Shown here: positions 1 to 11,950 of the stretch, one piece after another
Layout: each line of letters starts with the position of its first letter
Numbering within the stretch: position 1 is the first letter of the stretch
From: Octopus sinensis
Taxonomy: Eukaryota
Direction: 5' to 3'
Length of the DNA: 64,000 nucleotides
Assembly (NCBI RefSeq): GCF_006345805.1
Contig: NC_043004.1
Location: forward strand, 80,166,001-80,230,000
Made by a program: the position numbers and the translations under genes
Notes under the pieces: generated by a model
Told to the model about the DNA's origin: nothing
Seen by the model: only the letters and a program-made list of their open reading frames with translations
Databases searched by the model: none

Positions 1-325
1 ATACGCATGGCTCAATGGTTAGCGTGTCGGACTCACAATCATGATGTAGTGAGTTCGATTCCCGGACTAGGCTGTGTGCTGTGTTCTTGAGCAAGCCACT
101 TTATTTCGCGTTATTCCAGTTCATTTATTTGTAGAAATGATTCGCAACGTCACTGGTGCCAAGCTGTTTGAGCCCCTTTGCCGTCCCCTTGGATAACAGA
201 GGCTGGTATGCATGGGCAACTGCTGGTCTTCCATGAAACAACCATTCCCCGACTTGTGTCTTAGAGGGGAACTTTCTAAGTGCATTCCCATGGTCATTCA
301 TGACCGAAGGGGGTCTTTACCTTTT
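1..325 (+). mobile_element. tRNA-derived SINE (family C-like head, variant tail)
   Basis: A-box TGGCTCAATGG and B-box GAGTTCGATTCC, then TGTGTTCTTGAGCAAGCCACTTTATTTC, shared with copies at 18163, 36831 and 49183. Confidence 0.7.
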
Positions 326-939
326 TATACCCTTATTAAATGAGCACAAGCGGCATAAAACGCACAAACTAAAAGTTGCATTCTTTGTCTTGGAAAAGGC
401 ATGGCGGACATGACTGTATAAAATGAATCCCTTATGGATTAATCACACATTTTGTAAGAATGAATAAAACATAGACCTACTCTAAACTTTGTTAAGCTGA
501 ACGACAACGAAAACCGGTCCCCGTCAGTAAAGTACGCTTTTTCTTCTACTGCAAAATTTATTTCGGCTATAACATGTATTTCAGTAAATATATTTTCTAT
601 ACGAAAAGTTTTCGGTAATATATAATTATCTCTGTCTCTCTATTTCTCTCTCTCTCTCTCTTTATCTGTTCCTTTCTCACTCTCTCTTTGTGTGTATGTC
701 TATGTATGAGGATAGTAATATTTGTGTAAAGCTCACCCTGAGAATAAAAAAAAAAACACTAATATTTCTGCGACAAAACTCTTATACGAAAGCATTTGCT
801 ATGTGAAAACATTTTTTGTTTTTCACTTTCACATTTATATCTATTTTATAGAAATATTTACCTCCAATATTAAAAAAAAACAACTTGTTTTATTCAAATA
901 TGTATAAAAATTTTGCACATTTTCAAGCCTTACATATTC

Positions 940-1145
940 TTTTATTCTTTTACTTGTTTCAGTCGTTTGACTGCGGCCATGCTGGAGCACCACCTTTAGT
1001 CGAACAAATCAACCCCAGGACTTATTTGTAAGCCTAGTACTCAAACTATCGTTCTTTTTACCCGAACCGCTAAGTTATAGGGACATAAGCACACCAGCAT
1101 CGATTGTCAGGCGATGGTTGGGGGACAAACACAGACACACACAGA
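940..1145 (-). mobile_element. SINE family A, 3' half
   Basis: TTGTTTCAGTC..GACTGCGGCCATGCTGGAGCACC..CCGAACCGCTAAG block, matching the full copies at 43489 and 44172. Confidence 0.8.
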
Positions 1146-1148
1146 TAC

Positions 1149-1190
<42 letters not shown>

Positions 1191-1193
1191 ATA

Positions 1194-1243
<50 letters not shown>

Positions 1244-1459
1244 AGAGAAGAGAGAGAGATAATTTCGGACAAACAGATTAGATACATCAAATACAAAATC
1301 TGTATATATGTATGTATGCAAAACGAGTGGCAGCAAAAGGTGAAATTTTGAGGTGATGAATTTATATGTATAAATATCTAGATGTTTATATCAATAGCTC
1401 CAACTCACACAGAGTACAAACGACAGAGAAAATTAAAGGGATAGAAGAAGAGTGTTATA

Positions 1460-1507
1460 AGTCCAACAGCTGTTTCTGAATAAGACGATCTTCCGTCGTC
1501 AGAGTAG
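1460..1507 (-). ncRNA. Degenerate hammerhead-ribozyme-like motif (HH-A)
   Basis: Minus strand CTGACGA-c-ggAAGA tcg TCTT attc-a-GAAA-CAGCTG-TT. Core boxes, helix II hairpin and palindromic helix III are present; helix I is weak. Confidence 0.5.
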
Positions 1508-1809
1508 AGAAGATCTTATTTCAGATCTTAACGCTGAGAAATTCAAAGCTGGAATAATTAAATGTGGAGAGCTGGTTGTATTAGAGGGGTGCGGTGGAGT
1601 TACGGGGAGTATTAAGACTTAAGACGGAAGCAGTGGTCAGAAAGAACGTATTAAGTGGGGAATAGTGAAGTTTGGGTGGTAATGGAAGGTTTGTGGATCT
1701 GTAGCCGAGGAAGGATGCATTAGGCTGGTTACTTCGGTTTCCATGGTGAATACGTGGCCAAGGTCACACCATTCCTTTGAACGGGACGCCGTTGCGTTGC
1801 AGGGTTCGA

Positions 1810-1965
1810 ACTCAGTAATTTTGAAGGGAGACGATAAGTCGATTACATTGATCCCCAGTACATGACTGGTACTGTATTTTATCGAGTCCGAAGGGATGAA
1901 AGGTAAAGAGGACCACGGTGACATTTGAACTCAGAACGTAAAGAGCCGGAATGAATGCTACTTGC
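1810..1965 (-). mobile_element. SINE family B, degenerate
   Basis: Reverse complement of GTTCTGAGTTCAAAT..CTTTCATCC..GTACCAG core. Confidence 0.7.
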
Positions 1966-2244
1966 ATTTTTGTTCCGAAGAAGAAAAAGCGTTAGTTAAG
2001 GAGAGGTTGAGAGCAAGAAGAAAATATGCAACAAAGGAAGAGCGAATAATGGAGAAAAAACTGAAGAGGAAGAGGAATAAACTGCATCAGGAAAGAACAT
2101 TTAAATATTTGCTAAGTATAGGTATGGATCTAGTTGAAACAATATAATTAATTTCTTAATTAAAAATTAGCTAATTTGGTTTCTATGCATGGGGTAAAAT
2201 AAATGGGTATCATTTTGACATTATTAAATTGTCAGGATAAGACT

Positions 2245-2610
2245 GCGAACTGGCAGAATCGTTATGCTTAGCGGCAAAATGATTAGCGGTATTTTGTCTG
2301 CCGTTACGTTCTGAGTTCAAATTCCGCCGAGGACGACTTTGCCTGTCATCCTTCCGGGGTCGATTAAATAAGTAACAGTTACGCACTGGGGTCGATATAA
2401 TCGACTTAATCCGTTTGTCTGTCCTTGTTTGTCCTCTCTGTGTGGCTAGTAAAGAAATAGGTATTTTGTCTGCCGCTACGTTCAGAGTACAAATTCCGCC
2501 GGGGTCGACTTTGCCTTTCATCCTTTCGGGGTCGATAAATTAAGTACCAGTTACATACTGGGGTCGATGTAATCCCCAAAAATTGATGTCTTGTGCTTGT
2601 AGCAGTTAAG
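2245..2610 (+). mobile_element. SINE family B dimer (X-tail unit + Y-tail unit)
   Basis: Head TGGCAGAATCG, B-box GAGTTCAAATTCC; the core is repeated after AAAGAAATAGGTATTT. Confidence 0.8.
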
Positions 2611-2679
2611 GATAATTAAATTGTTAGGATAACAAAGATATTGACTTCAAATTGTGACGCAAGTTTGGCAAGTTCGAGT

Positions 2680-2847
2680 GTTGCGGTAGGTCGATTACTT
2701 CGCCCCGAGTGCTCAGCTGGAACTTATTTTATCGACTCTGAAGGACAAAGTCGACCTAGGCGAAATTTGAAATCAGAGCGTAAATACGGACGAAATACCG
2801 GTGAGCATTTTCCCCGGCGAAATAACGACTTTAACAGCTCGCCGCCT
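2680..2847 (-). mobile_element. SINE family B, inverted relative to its neighbour
   Basis: Reverse-complement core ending CAGCTCGCCGCCT, about 20 nt from the + strand copy at 2868. Confidence 0.75.
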
Positions 2848-2867
2848 TCAAGGTAATACTGATATCA

Positions 2868-3283
2868 AAGGCGGCGAACTGGCAGAATCGTTAGCACGCC
2901 GAGCGAAATGCTTAGCAGTATTTCGCCCGTCGCTACGTTCTGTGTTCAAATTCCGCCGAGGTCGACTTTGCCTTTCATCCTTTCGGGGTCGATTAAATAA
3001 GTACCAGTTACGCATTGGAGTCGATATAATCGACTTAATCCGTTTGTCTGTCCTTGTTTGTCCCCTCTGTGTTTAATCCCTTGTGGGTAGTAAAAGATAG
3101 GTATTTCGCCCATCGCTACGTTCTGTGTTCAAATGCCGCCGAGGTCGACTTTGCTTTTATCCTTTCGGGGTCGATTAAATAAGTACTAGTTACGCACTGG
3201 GGTCGATGTAATCGACTTAATCCGTTTGTCTGTCCTTGTTTGTCCTCTCTGTGTTTAGCCCCTTGTGGGTAGTAAAGAAATAA
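2868..3283 (+). mobile_element. SINE family B homodimer with 15-bp TSD
   Basis: Two tandem cores flanked by GTAATACTGATATCA (2853-2867) and GTAATACAGATATCA (3284-3298). Confidence 0.9.
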
Positions 3284-3583
3284 GTAATACAGATATCACT
3301 AGTTGTTTAAATATTTAATCGTTAATTGCTTTAAATATACAATATTTACATTAGCTGCGACTAGGAAAAGCAATGTGGCTTTGTCAAAGGTTTCATGAAC
3401 TTTTAAAGAGAAGATTCCATTTGTTTTACAGAAATATTAATATATTTTGAAGTTTCGTGGAAATGGCTAAAATTTGCATATAGCGTAAGAGTTGATTATC
3501 TACAAAGTTTCTAATACCTTCAGGCACCGAACTATGTGTGAGTATGTGTGTGTGTGTTGTGTGTGTGTGTGTGTGTGTTCATG

Positions 3584-3647
<64 letters not shown>

Positions 3648-3774
3648 TGTATACAAATATACAAATACATGCGCAAACACGCTCATACACAGGTACAGAC
3701 ACACACATATACCTATATATGCCTATATATACGCATATACACACGTACACACTCAAGTATATATATATTCTTTA

Positions 3775-4022
3775 TTTCTTTTGCTTTTTTCAGTCATTTG
3801 ACTGCGGCCGTGCTGGAGTACCGCCTTTAGTCGAGCAAATCGACCCCAGGACTTATTCTTTGTAAGCCTAGTACTTATTCTATCGGACTCTTTTGTCGCA
3901 CCGCTTAGTTACGGGGACGTAAACACACCAGCATCGGTTGTCAAGCGATGTTGGGGGGACAAACACATACACACACAAACATGTACACACACACACATAC
4001 ACACACACACATACACGCACAT

Positions 4023-4062
<40 letters not shown>

Positions 4063-4196
4063 GACGGGCATCTTTCAGTTTCCGTCTACCAAATCCACTT
4101 ACAAGGCTTTGGTCGGCACGAGGATATAGTAGAACACATGTAGGTACCATGCAGTGGGACAGAACCCGGAACCATGTGGTTGGTAAGCAAGCTACT
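3775..4196 (-). mobile_element. SINE family A, near full length, with internal (CA)n/(TA)n
   Basis: Both family A halves in order, separated by a microsatellite; the head is truncated. Confidence 0.85.
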
Positions 4197-4688
4197 TTAT
4201 TTCAAAAAAATTTGACATAAAGGCATGATACAGAGTAGCTTGCAGGCTGGACAGAAACATTGATGAGATGAATAATGAAATAAAATGATATTAATGGGAG
4301 AAGACAAAAATCGTCCGCCGATTTTTTGCTTCTCTAAAACATTATCTTTTACACAAAAAACAAACCAAGGTATTGAACCTCTTACTTCCGTTTTACAATT
4401 ATTGGACTTAATAATCCATTTACAAATTGAGGCGTTGAACTTCTTACACACTTAAACAATATAACACTGAGGCTTTTCAACCTCTTGTCAATTTCTCTCC
4501 CCAACATCACTTGTGCCTGTATACTCCGCCATTACCCAAGCCTCGTTTAAAACCAAGGCGGGCTCCGAGTCGGCGTCGCCCGGCCACAAGCGATATTCCT
4601 ATTTAAGCCCCTCCAGCCTACGTATATATATATATATATATACTTTTCCTCCGTCTTCCTTCTCTCTTGGAATTTCCTCTGTTACCTG

Positions 4689-4721
4689 TTTCTGAAGAAG
4701 AGCTTTGCTCGAAATGTAAAA
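4689..4721 (+). ncRNA. Minimal hammerhead-ribozyme-like motif (HH-B)
   Basis: TTT-CTGAAGA-A-GAGC TTT GCTC-GAAA-TGT-A-AAA. Core intact, 4-bp helix II, 3-bp helix I; the helix III palindrome ACGT seen in the 13.2 kb copy is ATGT here. Confidence 0.6.
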
Positions 4722-4830
4722 AAAAATTTTTTCCTTCCCTGAGCTTTTAAAGTATATATATATATATATATATAAGAGAGAACAAAGTGTACATATGTCG
4801 CTATATATATATATATATATATATATAATA

Positions 4831-5155
4831 AAATACAAAATGGGACAAGAACGCAAAACATCCGGACAACTAGGTGATACAAAAGGGAACAACAAAACAT
4901 TCGTATACATTCGTTGCTTTTTCCCAAGGAATTTAATGTTCTTAGCTTAGTTTTTCCTTGGGGCTGGCCAGATTGGGGCAATCTCAAGATTAATCAGCCG
5001 AAATTGCGAGGATGATCTGGTTCTTGACTGAAGATAAAAGGCTTCGAATGATCCGTCCGTGTTTTTTTTTTGTATCGTCTATCTAGATGTTTTGTATCCC
5101 CTTTTGTATCACATAGTTGTCCGGATGTTTTGCGTTCTTGTTTCCATTTTGTATT

Positions 5156-5156
<1 letters not shown>
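4831..5156. mobile_element. MITE-like element with ~70-bp terminal inverted repeats inserted in (TA)n
   Basis: 4831-4900 is roughly 90% identical to the reverse complement of 5087-5156 (AAATACAAAATGG..CAAGAACGCAAAACATCCGGACAACTA..GATACAAAAGGG); (TA)n on both sides. Confidence 0.75.
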
Positions 5157-5207
<51 letters not shown>

Positions 5208-5505
5208 CATATATATATGTGTGTGTGTGCGTAAAGAGAGGGACAGACACAGACAGACAGACAGAGTGAGAGGTGTGGCAATACAATCATGAAAAATGAA
5301 ACTCAAAGCATAAACTGATATTTTTAATCGGCAGAATTTAGAAAACGACTCAAGATCCGGAAGTTTAATAACAACATGTACGAAACTCTCGTCCCTTGAT
5401 CACTCTGTAGCTTCTACTGATTAAAAATCTATGAAAATAACATAGATACTCATGTTTTGAGTTGCATCTGTTCTGTTTATACTCCCAAACCGATATCTTA
5501 TATAT

Positions 5506-6788
<1,283 letters not shown>

Positions 6789-7458
6789 AACCTCAGAAAA
6801 ATCTTTGCCCAAGGTGCCATCGGGGCCGAATGCATGAAGTTGAGAAGAGAACCGCTTACCATATAATATAGCCACGCTTGTACCTATCCACCTACGTGTA
6901 TTCTTAGTGAGGCTATTCAACTTCATATAAAAGTTAAATTTCCATAGCATTATCCGAACAACGCTAAAAGCTAGAACCAACAATTTGCGTATCAAGGGAA
7001 ATAATTATTCCCTTTCCACCAGACAATAGAACTCCATTTGATTCTATTACCATGTTTAACCTAAACTTTCCGAAATATTCTTTACTTTTCAATGCTTTTA
7101 AAACACTTTACATGAAATCTATTCGAAGAAATTCTATATATAAGATATAGGCTTCTTTACATTTTTTTCCCCATCTCTCTTCTCTTTTTCTGTTCAAATC
7201 ATTCAACTGCATTTATTTACTTTATTTATATATTATTAAGTCTGCTCTTTTACTTGTATCAGTCATTAGACTGCGGTCGTGTTGGGTCACCATCTTGAAG
7301 AGATTTTAGCCGAACAAATAGGCCCCGGTATCTTTGTTAAACCTGGTAATTTTTTCAACTCGTATGCATTCTCCACACAAACATAACATCTACCTACGGT
7401 CCTCCAGTCCTGGAAGGAGCAGATGTGCTTCAACAGGACACCGTTTCGATTATAGCCC

Positions 7459-7489
<31 letters not shown>

Positions 7490-7516
7490 CATACATACAT
7501 ACATACATACATACAT

Positions 7517-7877
7517 GTATTATGGCTGCCCCCTCGTTATCGAGTATGGCCATTGCACGAAGCTTAACTGTTACTGGTGCTGTAATCGAATGTGACTTTT
7601 TAGCCCAGCTAAAGATTTACAATGGCTTGTACAGAATTGGCAACTAAAACCTTTACCGGTAATAACCGGCTGTAGTTGTAACTGGGTTTCATGTACCTTT
7701 GCATGTCGTTTAAGTCTTCCTACCGAATTACACTCTCTTCCACGTGCCCGACAGATATGATTAGTATGGTGTCTAACACCACCACCAGTGGCCAGGTTAT
7801 CACTCATCTCTCTCGCTTTATGACTACGAAGATGACTCCTGAGTCCAGCTTTACTGAGGCAGAGTCTTGCACAGACA
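7517..7877 (-). mobile_element. RTE-like LINE 3' end with three C2H2-like fingers
   Basis: Translation ..CLSKAGLRSHLRSH..GRECNSVGRLKRHAKVH..CQFCTSHCKSLAGLKSHIRLQH*. No TGEKP linkers; 3' hairpin CTCG-ATAA-CGAG then GGGGCAGCC; flanked by (TATG)n. Confidence 0.7.
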
Positions 7878-7959
7878 CATACATACATACATACATACAT
7901 ACATACATACATACATAAATACATAAATACATACATACATGCATACATACATACATACA

Positions 7960-7991
<32 letters not shown>

Positions 7992-8114
7992 CATACATAC
8001 ATACATACATGCATACATACATACATACAAACATACATGCATACATACATACATACATACATACATACATACATACATACATACATACATACATACGTAC
8101 GTACATACATGCAT

Positions 8115-8588
8115 AAATATTCTCATCAAAACGTCTGTCAAATGTAAACATAACAGGCCGGATATTGTTGTTTGAGACAGAGGGGCAAAGGTATGTACCA
8201 TCATAGAGGTTAACTACCCTGCAGATATAGATATCTCTTTGAAAATCAAAGAAAAAGAGGATATCTATGGACAACTGCTTCGGAACCTCCAGCTTCTATA
8301 TCCAGACTATGAATTCATATCCATACCAATAATAATTGGAGCTTTAGGTTTTGTTAGTAAATGCTTAAAGGAGAATATGGATAAACTGGGATTTTCAGAA
8401 AGTGAAATCGACCGGCTGATTTGTACATTACAAGTGAGTGGAACAGTAAAACTATGCAAGTGTTTTCTCAAGCTCCAAATATGAATTTGTCTGTGTTAAT
8501 TACATCCCGGAGATGGAGACTTGTATCTTTGTTAGAAACAGGCTCCCTCCTCAGTGGAAGATTTATAATCATTAAAAGATAGAAGAGA
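8115..8588 (+). mobile_element. RLE-type non-LTR retrotransposon 3' fragment in (CATA)n
   Basis: KHNRPDIVV*DRGAKVCTIIEVNYPADI..KEKEDIYGQL..IPIIIGALGFV: PD-(D/E)xK endonuclease C-terminus with one in-frame stop. Confidence 0.8.
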
Positions 8589-8661
8589 CATACATATACA
8601 CATACATACATACATACATACATACATACATACATACATACATACATACATACATACTTAC

Positions 8662-8693
<32 letters not shown>

Positions 8694-8999
8694 AATATCT
8701 ATAATATTCAGGAAAATAAAATGAAAATAAAAATAGTAAAATAAAAATAAAAGTAAGAAATAAGTGGAAATTTTACCGGTGAGTGTGTTATATTATAAAA
8801 CACAAAAAGAAAATGACTTTCCCCAGACACAACAGAATATGCTTCAACACACGAACTCATATAAAGAATCTTGCAAACCAAATCCAAAAACGAAATATAA
8901 AATTCATGTTTTCTCTTTGTGTGTGTGTGTGTGTGTGTGTAAGTGTGTGTGAGTGTGTTTGTGTGTGTGAGTATGTGCGTGTGTGTAGAAAAGCTTAAT

Positions 9000-9600
9000 G
9001 TACCTCAATAACTTCTACATCTTTCATCCGATTTCTTTAAAATTTTCTACACAGCTGCTTCACATCGCAGACCCGAACATAGGCTACTTAGATTTTGAAA
9101 AATCGATATTGGGGCCTCTAGAGCGATGGGAAACCAACAATAGATGATTCCTATTCATTTGCATTTATAACCACTTATTTTATAATCTGTAGGGTCTTCC
9201 ATATTTTTAAAATCTTTTTATAAAAGTGGAAGGATTTTGTCTAGTTCCACTGTCCACCAGCGACGGCGATTAAGTTGACAAGGAACACTGAACGCATACA
9301 TTTCCACAATTCTCAACCGACTTTCACCAAACTTTACACGCACATTACTTATGTCCCAAGGATGGTCATGCACTAAACATTTTGCCCAGAGCTCCCGCAT
9401 AAATGGACCTAAATAGACCTAGTTTTTTGTATGTAGGGTGTTCCATACTTTTTAATCATTTTATAAAAGTGAAAGGATTTTGTCTATTCACTTATTTCGA
9501 CTGTCCACCTGCCACGATGATTAAATTGACAAGGAACACTGTACACGATGAATATCCAATACCAAACAACTTAATCTCCATATTTAAGCTACATTAAACT
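9000..9600. repeat. Two ~244-bp diverged tandem units within a probable non-autonomous transposon
   Basis: TGTAGGGT.TTCCATA..TATAAAAGTG.AAGGATTTTGTCTA..ACTGTCCACC..TTGACAAGGAACACTG at 9188 and 9432. Confidence 0.5.
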
Positions 9601-10852
9601 TTGGCAAGCTTACCTTTACCTATTCTGAGTTACCTGAAAAGTGAGGTTCCGTTTCCTCTCTTTTATTTGTTGATACCTTTGTTTACCTACCAATGCGTTG
9701 TTTCACTTTAAGGATGCTTATTTACCCATCCATTATAATATTTCGACTGTTGTCCATTGTTCCAAATACGTTTTAGCATTGTCATTCTAACCTTTTTTAA
9801 ACAATCGCATAATTCATCCCAAAGAATCAACCTCTAAACAAGAGTTTTGTTTCCACTAACGAAAGCTATACGTATCTTTCAGAAAGCTCCATACCAATTT
9901 AACCTTATGCAGCATTCACTGTTAGTTTGTGCGCGGGCTATGTGGGAAGGCAGAATAAAGGGGCTTTTGTTAATTTATCTCTCCGAAAAAATAGCTCCCT
10001 TTGCTGTTGAGAAAAATAAACTCGCAGAGGGAAAGTTTCAACGTCCTTCCTTCAATTCATTGCACCATTTATGTGGCTTTTTCTGACAGAAAACACAGCA
10101 GAAGACACTTCTATAATAGGCGACACTTACCCTAAGTGCCTCGCAAAGGAACTGAATCCGGCATCATGTGGTTGGGAAGCAAGCTTCTTACCACACAACC
10201 ACCCCTGCGCCAATACACAATATTTTACTAATTCTTATTTCTTTGTTATTTTTATTATTTTTATTATATATTTATTCAGTTTACCAATCTACACTGAAAG
10301 TCTTAATCAACGTCAACCAGGTCAGCTCGCGTTTAACCAGGTCATTTTTCCATTGTGTTCGGCTTGTTTTCTTTGGTTTTCGCCAGACCAAGGAAAAATA
10401 AATTCAGACGATGCTATTACAGCAGAGATTGCCATGCTAAAAGACGTTCGGCTCAGTTTATGGGGGTCAACATTGCAACAAATTTAAGAGAGGAAATACT
10501 TGAGATGTCTGTGGCGATCAAGCATAAAACGTGACAGAATTCCGACTGAGAAAAAGTTTGTAAACTAAAACCGCTTGAATCTGATGTGGGTTTGTTGTTC
10601 ATATACGCAGTCATATCTACTTTTATACATACGCAGTTACATATGTATACATATACATAGAGACTTACAAGTATGTATGTATATATATATATATATAATA
10701 TTTTATAATTACGAGTTTAATTATAATTAGGGTTCAGCAAAGATTTGCTTTACCACATACCGAACTTTAGAATTAGCAGCCAAAGCTTGGTGGAATTATT
10801 AATTACTAGTTAATTATTAATTTTACCCTTTTATTATATTGATTACACACAC

Positions 10853-10917
<65 letters not shown>

Positions 10918-10940
10918 TATTATATATATATTGTATATAA

Positions 10941-10988
<48 letters not shown>

Positions 10989-10994
10989 TATATA

Positions 10995-11039
<45 letters not shown>

Positions 11040-11097
11040 ATATTATATATATTATATATATATTATATATATATATTATAATATATATATATATAAG

Positions 11098-11950
11098 TCA
11101 GTGTCTATGTATTCGTGTGTTCGTGTGTTACTTATAGACGCGGAAACTACTGGACTGATCCTAATGAAATTTAGAGCACAAAATCCAAGCAATTATGGAT
11201 TTTGCTGTATGCTGTATGTTTCATACAATTTTGAGGGGGCATAAAACGGGGCAGAACCCACTGTGAAAATTCATATGTTTCGGATTTTTATGAAATTTGA
11301 ACTATAGGTATTAGAAATAAATTAAAAAAATACCCAAAATTTCAATTTCTTTAGATTATTCTATGACCCCTAATAGGGGCTTAACCCCCAAATTTTAGTC
11401 ATTTTTTCATGGACCAAAATTACTGAATGGATCCTTATAATATTTGGAACTTATATTCAATGAATAAGGCGGATACAATGCAGTATGTTTTGTTTGAATT
11501 TGATGGGGCTTAAAGGGGGCAGAATCACCCATGAAAATTCAAAAATTTCCGATGTTGATGAAATTTCAACCATAAGTAATTGACACAAATCAAGAAGTAT
11601 TCCCAAAGTTTCATGAGGATTCTAAGACCCTCTATAGGGGGCTTAACTCCTAAATTTTAGTCATTTTTTTATAATCCAAAACAAGGTCAAAAGGACTGAA
11701 TAGATCTTTATGAAATTTGAAAATTATATTCTATGCATAAGGGCGAATGTAAGGCAGTATATGTCTGATAGTGAGGGGGCATAAATGAGGCCATAACCCC
11801 CATGAAAATTCATATATTTTTGCTGTTTATGAAATTTTAACTACAGATATTAGACACAAATGAAACAATATTGCTAAAATTTCAACTTCTTACAAGGTTA
11901 GTAAGACCCCTTAATGGCGGCTTAACCCCCACAATTTAGTCATTTTTCCT
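11098..11950. repeat. About three diverged ~270-bp tandem units (Helentron/pearl-like non-autonomous element)
   Basis: GAGGGGGCATAAA..CCCATGAAAATTC..ATGAAATTT..AGACCCC..GCTTAAC.CC..TTTAGTCATTTTT recurs at 11233, 11502 and 11773. Confidence 0.7.

Noticed and set aside
1-70. tRNA genes at SINE heads (also 36439, 36831, 49183)
   Set aside because: A and B boxes are present but there is no closing acceptor stem or terminator; each continues into a shared SINE body.
2868-3283. CRISPR-like or regularly spaced repeat arrays
   Set aside because: Repeats are 150-270 bp SINE or transposon units without unique spacers, in a eukaryotic context with no cas genes.
7571-7877. Host C2H2 zinc-finger gene exon (octopus has a large ZNF expansion)
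   Set aside because: No TGEKP linkers, degraded Cys pairs, no splice acceptor, LINE-like 3' hairpin and microsatellite flanks; better explained as an RTE C-terminus.
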